Shown piece after piece: positions 17,077 through 25,938 of a DNA stretch of 26,941 nt. The notes beneath the pieces were generated by a model. It was not told the origin of the DNA. It did not search any database and saw nothing but the letters and a program-made list of their open reading frames with translations. The translations under genes and the position numbers were made by a program. How positions within the stretch are numbered: the stretch's first letter is position 1; each line of letters begins with the position of its first letter. This DNA is from Nanohaloarchaea archaeon B1-Br10_U2g21 (lineage in GTDB: Archaea > Nanohalarchaeota > Nanosalinia > Nanosalinales > Nanosalinaceae), in NCBI GenBank assembly GCA_001563915.1, contig LKMP01000012.1, positions 1 through 26,941 on the forward strand, given 5' to 3'.

Positions 17077-17102
17077 GAGATTTCCCCGAGAATTAATAGT
17101 TC

Positions 17103-17726
17103 ATGGAGTACGCTATCAGGCCTTCAAACAGCGAGTTAAAGCAGGCGCGCAGAATTATTGATGGAGTTATTGCAGCATGTAAGGTAGTTATGACCAAGGA
17201 AAACGATTTAGAGATTTCTCTAGGATGGAGTGATGAAGAGTATGTAAAACACGAGATGAAAGGCATCTCAGGATATACTTATTCTCCTGAATTGATAGCA
17301 ATAGAGTTCAACACTAATGTTAAAGGATGGCAAAACTCTTTGAAAACAGTTACTGCAAGAGAGTACGCGCACAGCGTCTTCGCAGAATCTGTCCCAGTAA
17401 GCGAAATAGATTTTTACTGGCAGTACACCGTTTTTGAAGCACAGGCCTCAGTATTTGCAGAAAAAATAGTAGAATCTCCTCTGGAGAAAGAGAAAAGTTT
17501 TACAAAAGAAGAATTGAAAGATTACTGGCCGAATTACCGAGAAAAAATTAGTGAAGAAGTAGATGAAGACCGAAGCCTTTTCTTCGGAACTGAAGAGTTC
17601 CCTAAATGGCTAGGATATGCGATATCCTATCACATAGGAAAGAAATTAATGGAAGATCGAACTCTAAAAGAGTTCTCAAAAGTTTCAAAATCTGAAGTAC
17701 TTTCTATTGGAGATGAACTCTTTTGA
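17103..17726 (+). CDS. DUF2268-like (putative Zn-dependent protease fold) protein with degenerate HExxH
   Basis: GISGYT, VTAREYAHS at the zincin position, FEAQASVFAE, FFG..FPKWLGYAISY. Confidence 0.6.
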   Translation: MEYAIRPSNSELKQARRIIDGVIAACKVVMTKENDLEISLGWSDEEYVKHEMKGISGYTYSPELIAIEFNTNVKGWQNSLKTVTAREYAHSVFAESVPVSEIDFYWQYTVFEAQASVFAEKIVESPLEKEKSFTKEELKDYWPNYREKISEEVDEDRSLFFGTEEFPKWLGYAISYHIGKKLMEDRTLKEFSKVSKSEVLSIGDELF

Positions 17727-18274
17727 GCGAAAGTGCTGGATTTCTCGGAAGATTTCAACCCTTCCACATAGGACATTACAAGACCGTAGAGAGTTTAAGG
17801 GACGAATTCAATGATTTTAAAATAATTATTGGAAGCTCAGAAAAATCGCGGACAGAAGATAATCCTCTCACCTTTAATGAACGTAAAAAACTGATTAGAT
17901 CCTGTTTCCCCGATATTGAAATTATTTCCTTGAAAGATACCGAGAAAACTCCTTCAGGAAATAGGGAATGGGCTGAGAAACTTGAAGAACTAGAACTTGA
18001 CATTATTGTTTCTCGTAATTCTCTAGTGAACGAGATCATTAATCAATACACCCACCTTGATTTGTACGAACAAGAACTATACGACCATGAAATCTATTCT
18101 GGTACAGAGGTGCGGAGACGTATAAAGTCTGGAGAAGAATGGCGATATCTCACTCCTAAATGCAGCCACTCAGCACTTGAAGATCTTCTAGAAGAAATTA
18201 AGAATTCTGGTACTCAATACAATTTTGAGCCTGGCTGGGAGAGAAAAAACGCATTTCATGGAACAGAAAAATAA
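17723..18274 (+). CDS. nadM: Nicotinamide-nucleotide adenylyltransferase (archaeal NadM type)
   Basis: GRFQPFHIGH, IIIGSS, NPLTFNER, SGTEVRRRI..GEEW. The TTG start overlaps the upstream TGA. Confidence 0.85.
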   Translation: MSESAGFLGRFQPFHIGHYKTVESLRDEFNDFKIIIGSSEKSRTEDNPLTFNERKKLIRSCFPDIEIISLKDTEKTPSGNREWAEKLEELELDIIVSRNSLVNEIINQYTHLDLYEQELYDHEIYSGTEVRRRIKSGEEWRYLTPKCSHSALEDLLEEIKNSGTQYNFEPGWERKNAFHGTEK

Positions 18275-18489
18275 TATAATTGAATACTATTCTAACTTAG
18301 GCGATTTCAGTGCTCTTAACAATTTGAGAAGTTGGAGTTGCTTCTTCAGGAAAAATTTAGCCCTGTAGTCTATTATGTCTTCTTCAATCTAAGTAAATCT
18401 TATCTAATAATTATGTCGTATTTTTCTGTGTCTATTAGTGCCAAATTTTTAGATAGTTGTATAATGTCTAATTACGGCTAAATTAACTT

Positions 18490-18849
18490 ATGGACTCGTC
18501 GAATATTTATATCGGCCATTCAACGCTTATCGATTTTAGAGAAGACCTCTACAAACCATTAAGAAAAAGCAGGTTAGATAATGACCACAATATCATCTTG
18601 CCGCATGAAAATTCTGATATCCCTTTCCGCTCGAAAGATTTTCTAAAGGATGAGTGCGACCTTTTCATTGCTGAAGTGTCTAAGGCATCTACAGGCCTCG
18701 GTATTGAGCTTGGCTGGGCGAACTTATTTGATGTGCCCGTACTCTGCATGTATAAGGAAGGCTCTACAGTCTCAAGCGCTGTTCCTGCAGTATTTGACAC
18801 AGTACTTGAGTATGGAGATGAAAAAGAGTTAATTGAGAAAATTATCTGA
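18490..18849 (+). CDS. Nucleoside 2-deoxyribosyltransferase / dNMP N-glycosidase (RCL)-like protein
   Basis: IYIGHS, ILPH, CDLFIAEVSKASTGLGIELGWA..VPVLC. Confidence 0.7.
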   Translation: MDSSNIYIGHSTLIDFREDLYKPLRKSRLDNDHNIILPHENSDIPFRSKDFLKDECDLFIAEVSKASTGLGIELGWANLFDVPVLCMYKEGSTVSSAVPAVFDTVLEYGDEKELIEKII

Positions 18850-18936
18850 AATGATTAAGCATCATAATAATTAGATTTGGCACTATTCTCCTGAGCAGTC
18901 GGATTTTTATTCAAGCCTTAGAATTTATTGTAATAT

Positions 18937-18941
18937 GAGGT
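18937..18941 (+). promoter_or_regulatory. Shine-Dalgarno GAGGT for gap
   Basis: Lies 7 nt before ATG 18949. Confidence 0.6.
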
Positions 18942-18948
18942 ATTACAA

Positions 18949-19974
18949 ATGGTAAACGTTGTTGTTAATGGAATTGGAACTATCGGGAAACGAGTAGCTG
19001 AAGCTGTCAAAAAACAGGATGATATGACGCTTTATGGCCTATCAGATGTATCACAGAACGGAGGCCTAAGAACTGTTTTAAGCGAAGATGGACCTCTTCA
19101 CGGAACAGATCTTTATGCTTCTAACAATGATGGATTAGAACAGCTTGAAGACCAAGGTTTCTATGTAAATGGTCTTTTAGAGGATTCTCTAGATGAGGTA
19201 GATGTTGTAGTAGATTGTACTCCTCCAGGAATCGATGAAATGAACAAAGAAAACTTATATGCTCCTAACAACGTTAAGGCCATTTTCCAGGGCGGTGCTC
19301 CTAAAGATATCGCGCCTGTAGCCTTTAATGCTGACGCTAACTATGATGATGCGCGTGGAGAGGACTTCGTTAAAGTCGTTTCTTGTAATACTACTAGCCT
19401 ATCGAGAACTATGAGTGTTGTAGATGAAGAATTTGGTATTAACAATGCAGTCGCTAGCCTTGTAAGACGTGGAGGCGACATTCCGCAAGATTCTCGAGGA
19501 CCGATCAACTCCACAGTGCCTGTAACAGACGTACCCTCGCATCATGGACCTGACGTACAAGCCGTGATGCCTGATTTAGAAATCAAAACTCTGGCCGTTA
19601 AAGTGCCTGTAACCTATGGCCATGTACATATGGTTAACGTAGAGCTTGAATCTAAACCTGAAGACGAAGAGGTTAAAGAAGCCTTTAGAAGTCAACCACG
19701 AGTAGATCTTGTAAAAGCTGGAGAAGGATACGATTCCACAGGCAAAGTGCATGAAAAGATGCGCGACCTGCATAGCGAGCGCAGCGATATGCCTAATGCT
19801 GCAGTTTGGGAAGAAACAGTGACTGTAGAAGATTCGACATTGTACTGGATCCATATGGTACATCAAGAATCAATCGTAGTGCCAGATAACATTGATGCAA
19901 TAAGAGCAATGTTTGAAATGGAGGACAAAGAGTCAAGCATAAGGAAAACTGATAAGGTTTTAGGCCTTAGGTAA
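18949..19974 (+). CDS. gap: Glyceraldehyde-3-phosphate dehydrogenase, archaeal type II (phosphorylating)
   Basis: NGIGTIGKRVA, DCTP, FQGG, VVSCNTT, PSHHGPDV, HQESIVVPDNIDAIRA. Confidence 0.95.
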   Translation: MVNVVVNGIGTIGKRVAEAVKKQDDMTLYGLSDVSQNGGLRTVLSEDGPLHGTDLYASNNDGLEQLEDQGFYVNGLLEDSLDEVDVVVDCTPPGIDEMNKENLYAPNNVKAIFQGGAPKDIAPVAFNADANYDDARGEDFVKVVSCNTTSLSRTMSVVDEEFGINNAVASLVRRGGDIPQDSRGPINSTVPVTDVPSHHGPDVQAVMPDLEIKTLAVKVPVTYGHVHMVNVELESKPEDEEVKEAFRSQPRVDLVKAGEGYDSTGKVHEKMRDLHSERSDMPNAAVWEETVTVEDSTLYWIHMVHQESIVVPDNIDAIRAMFEMEDKESSIRKTDKVLGLR

Positions 19975-20002
19975 ATAACCCTTCTTTTCCTATTCCTATT
20001 TT

Positions 20003-21025
20003 ATGAAGGCTCTCATAGTAGGCTGGGGTTATCCTCCAGATATTGACGGCGGTCTCGACATCCACGTCAAAGAATTATTTGAAGGGCTTAAAGAGAAAGA
20101 TATTGAAGTTACTCTGGCTTTACCTGAAGATCGTTCCCCCGAAAAAGAAAATATTGTTGGGATACCTGTTGAAGGAGATATGATGTCTAAAGCCGAACAA
20201 ATGAGTAGAAAAGTAGCTTCAATGGCTCAAAATTATGATATAATACATACCCACGATTGGTTCGGATCTGAGGCAGGTTACAAGGCCTCAAAATATTCTG
20301 ACATAGCATGGATTTCCACATTCCACTCTCTAAGCTGCTCCAGAAGCCGCCAGCCTAGCAAAGAACTAGAAAAATTCGAAGAAATCGGAGTAAAACATTC
20401 GGATGTAGTTACCAGCGTAAGCAAAAAATTAGGCGATGAATTAAAGAAAAAACACAGTGTAACTCCTAAAGTCATTTACAACGGCTTTTCAAGCCCTAAA
20501 AAGTCTAAAGAAGCGGATTTCAATCTAGAAAAGCCTGTATTTTTCTTTGTAGGTCGTCACGCAGAGCAAAAAGGCCTAGAGCATTTACTATATGGATTTA
20601 AGAAATACTTGGAACATAATGAAGGACTATTAGTTTTAGGAGGAAAAGGACATCTAACTAGCTCTCTGAAAGACTTTGTAGAAATACTTGGAATAGATGA
20701 ACATGTGAGATTCGAAGGATTTATACCTGAAAATGAGCTAGGCGGTTACTATGAAGCTGCAGACGTTTTTGTGACGCCTTCTATAAACGAACCTTTCGGT
20801 TTAACTATTAGCGAGGCGTTAAAATGTGGTACTCCCGTAGTTTGTGCTGATAGCGGAATAACAGAGATACTTCCTTCTGGAACAGTGACTCTTGTTGACG
20901 CTCACTCAGATTCAATTAAGGAAGGCCTAGAAAAAGCACTAGATTCTGAAACTCCGAATTTCGAGGAACGGTCTTGGAGCGAAATGGTAGAAGAGTACAT
21001 AGAACTCTATGAAAGACTAGTTTAG
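20003..21025 (+). CDS. Glycosyltransferase family 4
   Basis: WGYPPDIDGGL, HTHDW, FVGRHAEQKG, PSINEPFGLTISEA. Confidence 0.92.
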   Translation: MKALIVGWGYPPDIDGGLDIHVKELFEGLKEKDIEVTLALPEDRSPEKENIVGIPVEGDMMSKAEQMSRKVASMAQNYDIIHTHDWFGSEAGYKASKYSDIAWISTFHSLSCSRSRQPSKELEKFEEIGVKHSDVVTSVSKKLGDELKKKHSVTPKVIYNGFSSPKKSKEADFNLEKPVFFFVGRHAEQKGLEHLLYGFKKYLEHNEGLLVLGGKGHLTSSLKDFVEILGIDEHVRFEGFIPENELGGYYEAADVFVTPSINEPFGLTISEALKCGTPVVCADSGITEILPSGTVTLVDAHSDSIKEGLEKALDSETPNFEERSWSEMVEEYIELYERLV

Positions 21026-21250
21026 TACCTGTATATTATCAGGCCGCCCAGGATAAAATCCAACATATCCATTAGATATTTCTGCTAGACCATCAGGGTT
21101 TTCGTAGTAGTAAGTGTCTTGATCAGGTCTTTGGCCTATAGGAAGCAGTATTCTCTCCTTTTCACCATCTTCTACTAGTACTGCAACCTTCTCTTCGGTC
21201 CTAACCATAATTCTTACTCCATTCTTGGTTTCTTCTGTTTCGAGTATCAC
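21017..21250 (-). CDS. Small hypothetical protein in the glycogen cluster
   Basis: 77-aa beta-rich ORF with GTG start that fills the gap between the GT4 and GH57 genes; ERILLP..DTYYY. Confidence 0.65.
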   Translation of the reverse strand: MILETEETKNGVRIMVRTEEKVAVLVEDGEKERILLPIGQRPDQDTYYYENPDGLAEISNGYVGFYPGRPDNIQVLN

Positions 21251-21274
21251 AACTACTTATTGAATCCGATCCAA

Positions 21275-21281
21275 TTTTAAA
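21275..21281. promoter_or_regulatory. Palindromic TTTAAA TATA box between divergent leaderless genes
   Basis: About 24 nt from ATG 21305 (+) and about 25 nt from GTG 21250 (-). Confidence 0.5.
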
Positions 21282-21304
21282 CCGTCACTCCCAACTAGTT
21301 TTCT

Positions 21305-22522
21305 ATGACTCCTATAACTCTGTGCTTTGAAGTTCACCAGCCTCATCGACTAAGAGTTGACGGCGTGAATGAGGAGGCAGACAACTTATATGACAGATAT
21401 TTTGACGATGAAATGAACGAACACTTCTTCAGAGACGTAGCAGAAAATTGTTACTTCCCTGCTACAGAAAGATTATTGCGTGAAGCAAAGAAAAGATCAG
21501 GGAGCGAAAGGCCTTTAGTTGTGAACTTTTCTATTTCGACTAGTTGGATTCAGCAGGCGAAAGAATATCACCCTGAGTTAATTGACTTGATTAACCGTTT
21601 CCCTGAGGATTCTATTGACTTTATTGGACAGGCTTATCTTCACAGTTTAGCAGGACTTTTTGATGATAAATCTGAGTTCAGATGGCAGCTAAACCATCAT
21701 AGAGATATTGTGGAGGAGACTTTTGATGTCCGACCCCAAGTCATGACTAATACTGAATTGATTTATCATAACGAGATTGGAAAAATCAGCGCCGAGGAAG
21801 GCTACAAAGGAATATTTACTGAGGGTGTAGACCGAATTCTAGGCTGGCGTTCACCTAACGATGTCTACACACAGCCAGAATTTGTGACAGATAATGGTAA
21901 TTCAATTATGCTACGTAACAGAAAACTGACTGATGATGTAGGTTATCGATTCTCAGCCGAGTGGTGGGATGAATATCCTTTAACAGCAGAAAAATATGCC
22001 TCCTGGATTTCAGAAGCAATTGGTCACTCAGTCAACTTATTCATGGATTATGAGACGTTTGGAGAACATCACTGGGAAGGAACAGGCATATTGTGGTTCC
22101 TTGAATCTTTGCCAGAAGAAATACTGAAATACGATAATTTACGATTTGCAAAAGTTAGAGAAGTAGCCGAAGAGAACCATCCTGTGGGAGAGTTTGATGC
22201 ATTTGAGTTCAATACTGTTTCTTGGGCAGATCAAGAGATGGATGCATCGGCATGGCTTGGAAACCCTATGCAAAAGATGCTTTTCGATAAAATGCAGGCT
22301 TTAGAAGAAAAAGTCAAAGCACTAGATGATCCTGAGTATTTAGAGATCTGGAGAAAGTTCTTGACTTCCGACCATTTACATCATATTGCAACGAAAACCT
22401 ATGACGATGGTTCAGTACATAACTATTTCTCATACTTTGATCACCCTCATGAAGGATTTGCAGTCATCACTGATCACTTGATGGATTTCCAAGAACAAGT
22501 CGATCAAGAGCTTAAAAATTGA
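21305..22522 (+). CDS. Glycoside hydrolase family 57 (alpha-amylase-like)
   Basis: FEVHQP, HSLA, nucleophile NTELIY, acid/base MDYETFGEH, SWAD, TSDH. Confidence 0.93.
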   Translation: MTPITLCFEVHQPHRLRVDGVNEEADNLYDRYFDDEMNEHFFRDVAENCYFPATERLLREAKKRSGSERPLVVNFSISTSWIQQAKEYHPELIDLINRFPEDSIDFIGQAYLHSLAGLFDDKSEFRWQLNHHRDIVEETFDVRPQVMTNTELIYHNEIGKISAEEGYKGIFTEGVDRILGWRSPNDVYTQPEFVTDNGNSIMLRNRKLTDDVGYRFSAEWWDEYPLTAEKYASWISEAIGHSVNLFMDYETFGEHHWEGTGILWFLESLPEEILKYDNLRFAKVREVAEENHPVGEFDAFEFNTVSWADQEMDASAWLGNPMQKMLFDKMQALEEKVKALDDPEYLEIWRKFLTSDHLHHIATKTYDDGSVHNYFSYFDHPHEGFAVITDHLMDFQEQVDQELKN

Positions 22523-23001
22523 TTATATGATTTGCCTAATTGGGCTGCAGCTAAGCCTGTTATCAATGCAGGTGCGCTGAGCAGTGCTGCTCTATTTTCC
22601 CATCCTAAAAAAGTATAATATACTTCTAAAGCATCATTAGCCTCTAAAAACAGGGGAGAAACCGGCTGACCGGTCGATAGAAGAAATGATGATAAGGACG
22701 CAATGTTTACAATGAAAAACCCTACAAAAGAGGAAAATACAGCGAACATTAGAAGATATTCTTCACTAGGGTTTGAGTATCCGAGATAACTGCCTGTTAT
22801 TATTGACGCTAATGGCGCTACAAAGAAAGAAGATACTGATACTAATATTACAGCTGCAGATAATTCAAATTCTTGTATAGTCCATGCATCTACTGATTCA
22901 ATGAAGAGTACGCCCATACCTACAGTAAGTCCCAGAAGCATACCTGTTACAAGATAAAACAGAAGCGACTCAGTAAGATTACTGTATATCTGCTGGTGCA
23001 T
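22504..23001 (-). CDS. Hypothetical integral membrane protein (about 4 TM)
   Basis: Four long hydrophobic segments; occupies the space between the GH57 and GT4 genes. Confidence 0.65.
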   Translation of the reverse strand: MHQQIYSNLTESLLFYLVTGMLLGLTVGMGVLFIESVDAWTIQEFELSAAVILVSVSSFFVAPLASIITGSYLGYSNPSEEYLLMFAVFSSFVGFFIVNIASLSSFLLSTGQPVSPLFLEANDALEVYYTFLGWENRAALLSAPALITGLAAAQLGKSYNQFLSS

Positions 23002-23035
23002 AACGAATTTTTTGAGAGTAAGAAGTAAATGGTTT

Positions 23036-24178
23036 CTATTCCGAGACCTTGTTGTATATTCCTGTAGTCCACGCCGAGATTTGCTCCCACCGGAAGTTAT
23101 CTTCTACCCTATCACGCGCATTTTCGCCTAACCAATTCATCCAGTTAGGATCGTTTAGTCCTCTTACTACTTGATCTGTTATAGATCCAGGGTCTGCTGG
23201 ATAAGTGTGTAAGCCTGTGTATTCATGGACTATAGTATCTTTCATTCCTCCAGTGTAGCTTCCTACTGTTGGCGTTTCACATGCGGCTGCCTCTAGAGGA
23301 ACTATTCCGAAAGGTTCATAGACTGATGGTGCAACGGTAATTTCTGCTTTTTTCATTAAAGACACAAGTTCTTTATCTGACACATATCCTGGAAAGTGTA
23401 CCTTATCGCCTACAGTGTTTTTTGCAATACCTTCATAGTGTTGTGTTGCCCCACTACCGCACATAACAAATTTTGCATCAGGATTCTTTTCTAATATATG
23501 AGGCATAGCTTCAATTAAGTGGCCAGGCCCTTTTTGAGGATACATACGTCCTACAAATAGCACTATTTGTTCCCAGTCGAGCGCATATTCATGTCTTTCA
23601 AGGCTATGGCTGTGGTCATCGAATTTTTCAAGGTTCACACCGTTAGGAATATAATTTATTTTATCTTCAGGCACATCATACAGATGTTTTACTTCTTCGC
23701 AGAAATCTCTGCCCACAGTTATGACTTGTGATGCCTCATACGTACCCAACCATTCTAAATTGTGTATAGCTTGCTGATAATCTGAACTAATCCCATCACG
23801 ACCTTGTTGAGTTGAATGCACCGTGAATACTAGCGGGAGGCCTAGCGTTTTCTTTACACCTGTTGCTGCCGGCACCGTCATCCAATCATGACCATGTACT
23901 AGATCAAAATCTTTCTTTTTGGAGAGCTGAATGGCCTTTTTCTCCATTCTGTCTCCGAGACTCATTGACCACGTCACAGTATTGTTTGCAGAATTATTAG
24001 AAGGTACTCTGTGAATTTCTACGCCGTCACGGACCTCTGTTTCTTCCGTATCTCCATAAGTTATTACTACAGGCTTATGTCCTTGAGAAGCCATAGTAGT
24101 AGCTAAATCTTCACAGTGTGCTGCTATTCCTCCCGCCTTATAAGGCGGATACTCCCAAGTTATGAATAATGGTCTCAT
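23036..24178 (-). CDS. Glycosyltransferase family 4
   Basis: WEYPPYKAGGI, HGHDW, IPNGV, FVGRMYPQKG, PSVYEPFGIVPLEA. Confidence 0.93.
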   Translation of the reverse strand: MRPLFITWEYPPYKAGGIAAHCEDLATTMASQGHKPVVITYGDTEETEVRDGVEIHRVPSNNSANNTVTWSMSLGDRMEKKAIQLSKKKDFDLVHGHDWMTVPAATGVKKTLGLPLVFTVHSTQQGRDGISSDYQQAIHNLEWLGTYEASQVITVGRDFCEEVKHLYDVPEDKINYIPNGVNLEKFDDHSHSLERHEYALDWEQIVLFVGRMYPQKGPGHLIEAMPHILEKNPDAKFVMCGSGATQHYEGIAKNTVGDKVHFPGYVSDKELVSLMKKAEITVAPSVYEPFGIVPLEAAACETPTVGSYTGGMKDTIVHEYTGLHTYPADPGSITDQVVRGLNDPNWMNWLGENARDRVEDNFRWEQISAWTTGIYNKVSE

Positions 24179-24187
24179 ATTTATCTT

Positions 24188-24796
24188 CTAGTTTTCTGCT
24201 TCGACTCGCTCTGTTTTAACAAGTTCTCTGTAAGTTTTTAAAATTGATTCCTGCCATGCATCGTCAAAAGGCGATATTTTCTCCAATTTTGCCTCTTCAG
24301 CTTCAAGGTCAAAAGCCGCAGAGTTGTAAGTATCTTCTTTGTTTGTATAAACTCGATCTGCATCTCTACAACCTTTCCATTCTAGTTCCGAAATCATTGA
24401 AGAATTCTCACTATGGAAACCTCTTTCATGTTCTGTAGAGTGCAGAGTCAGTATCATGGGCCTGTCTAAGTACGCTTTTAATGCAGTCGCTCCTGGGACA
24501 GTCATCCAATCATTAGCGTGAATCACATCAAATCCTTTTTCATCAAATAGTTCGCGAGCCTCCTCCTTTAGCTCATTATTCATCATCATTGACCAGCTGT
24601 AAAGAGATTCTCCTTCATAATGTAGAGGCACTCTATAGACCTCTACTCTTTCATCTACAGAGTAATGGGAACCATCGTCAAAAGCCAATACGAAGGCTTC
24701 TAACCCATTTTCAACTAAATATTCTGCAAGAGATTTAACGTACTCCGAAACCGGCTCCCCATCTTCAAACCTTCGGGTAAGCAAAACGACTCTCAT
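24188..24796 (-). CDS. Stand-alone GT4 N-terminal domain protein
   Basis: HANDWMTVPGA..TLHSTEHERG..ISELEW matches the neighbouring GT4, but the C-terminal domain (VGR..KG, EPFG) is absent. Confidence 0.8.
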   Translation of the reverse strand: MRVVLLTRRFEDGEPVSEYVKSLAEYLVENGLEAFVLAFDDGSHYSVDERVEVYRVPLHYEGESLYSWSMMMNNELKEEARELFDEKGFDVIHANDWMTVPGATALKAYLDRPMILTLHSTEHERGFHSENSSMISELEWKGCRDADRVYTNKEDTYNSAAFDLEAEEAKLEKISPFDDAWQESILKTYRELVKTERVEAEN

Positions 24797-25938
24797 TTAA
24801 ATCTCTCCTCAAATCCTCTTTTCTTACTTTTTTCAACATCTGGCTGGTTGAATGCGTTCACGTTCCTAATCCATGCAGAATAAACCGCTAGATACTGTAA
24901 AAACGCCATAAAAGCTCCTATATCTCTATAACCGTGATCAACTTTAATATTGATAAATGGCCTGTTTTCGCTTTTTAATGCCTCTCTAATACCTTCAAGC
25001 TCTGCATTTAGCGAGTCTCTATATTCGAAATCGTCAAAGTCTCCTAGTTTTCTACCACGCAATTCAAGAGATTCTAGTTCTGGAGGAACCTTAATTTTAG
25101 CTGACTCATAACTTGTCTCAAAGAATAATGGAACCACGTTCTTCTTCCCTCCAAATATCCTTTGATTAGTATGATGTTGTATTTCAGGTCCTAGATCTCC
25201 ATAATAGGTTTGTCCTTCTTCATTTTTACATACTGACTCATGCATTAATTGGATGAGTAGTGGGTAAAAGCCAAAGAGTCTGGTAGAGTAGAACGGAGTA
25301 ACAACCTCCTGAAATCCTTGTTTTTCTAAACTATATAGGACTTCTGCAAGTTTTGAAGCCTTATTATGTCCTGGAGGGGCAAGCTCTTGATGCATTTTTC
25401 TTCCGCCCTCAAATATTTGTTCTATATCTAGCCCTAGCATTGATGCTGGTGCCAACGTAGTTTCTGATAGGCCTGTAAATCTTCCTCCTATATCGGGATG
25501 TCTTATACATTCCAGATTTTTTTTCAGAGCTATCTCTCTGAGTGTGCCTCTTTCTGACGTAAGAGGTCTTATCTCGTATCCTTTATTGAGAAAGTATAGC
25601 GTGCTTTCTATAACCCCTGTTGTGGTCCCAGACTTGCTTATAGGCATGACCACTGTTTTTTCTAAATCTAATGTTTTCTCAAGCCTATGAAGATAATCTG
25701 GTTCCATTGTAGAGACTAATTCAAGTCTCTTATCATGAACATCATGGAAAGCATATTCTAATGCGCGGAGACTAGTTATAGATCCGCCATTGCCTATTAC
25801 TACCAACGTTTCGAAGTCTGTGCCTAGATTTTTCAGGTAATCTATGTTTACTTCATGTTTTGAAAAATATGGTTCTGGCTGTTCGAACCTCTTATTTTCT
25901 GTAATTTTTGAGTCATAAGTTGTGTCTATGTTTATCAT
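24793..25938 (-). CDS. pgi: Glucose-6-phosphate isomerase (PGI/SIS superfamily, compact)
   Basis: IGNGGS, ISKSGTT, IGGRFT, QLMHESVCK, QHHTNQ, NAFNQPDVEKSK. Confidence 0.85.
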   Translation of the reverse strand: MINIDTTYDSKITENKRFEQPEPYFSKHEVNIDYLKNLGTDFETLVVIGNGGSITSLRALEYAFHDVHDKRLELVSTMEPDYLHRLEKTLDLEKTVVMPISKSGTTTGVIESTLYFLNKGYEIRPLTSERGTLREIALKKNLECIRHPDIGGRFTGLSETTLAPASMLGLDIEQIFEGGRKMHQELAPPGHNKASKLAEVLYSLEKQGFQEVVTPFYSTRLFGFYPLLIQLMHESVCKNEEGQTYYGDLGPEIQHHTNQRIFGGKKNVVPLFFETSYESAKIKVPPELESLELRGRKLGDFDDFEYRDSLNAELEGIREALKSENRPFINIKVDHGYRDIGAFMAFLQYLAVYSAWIRNVNAFNQPDVEKSKKRGFEERFK

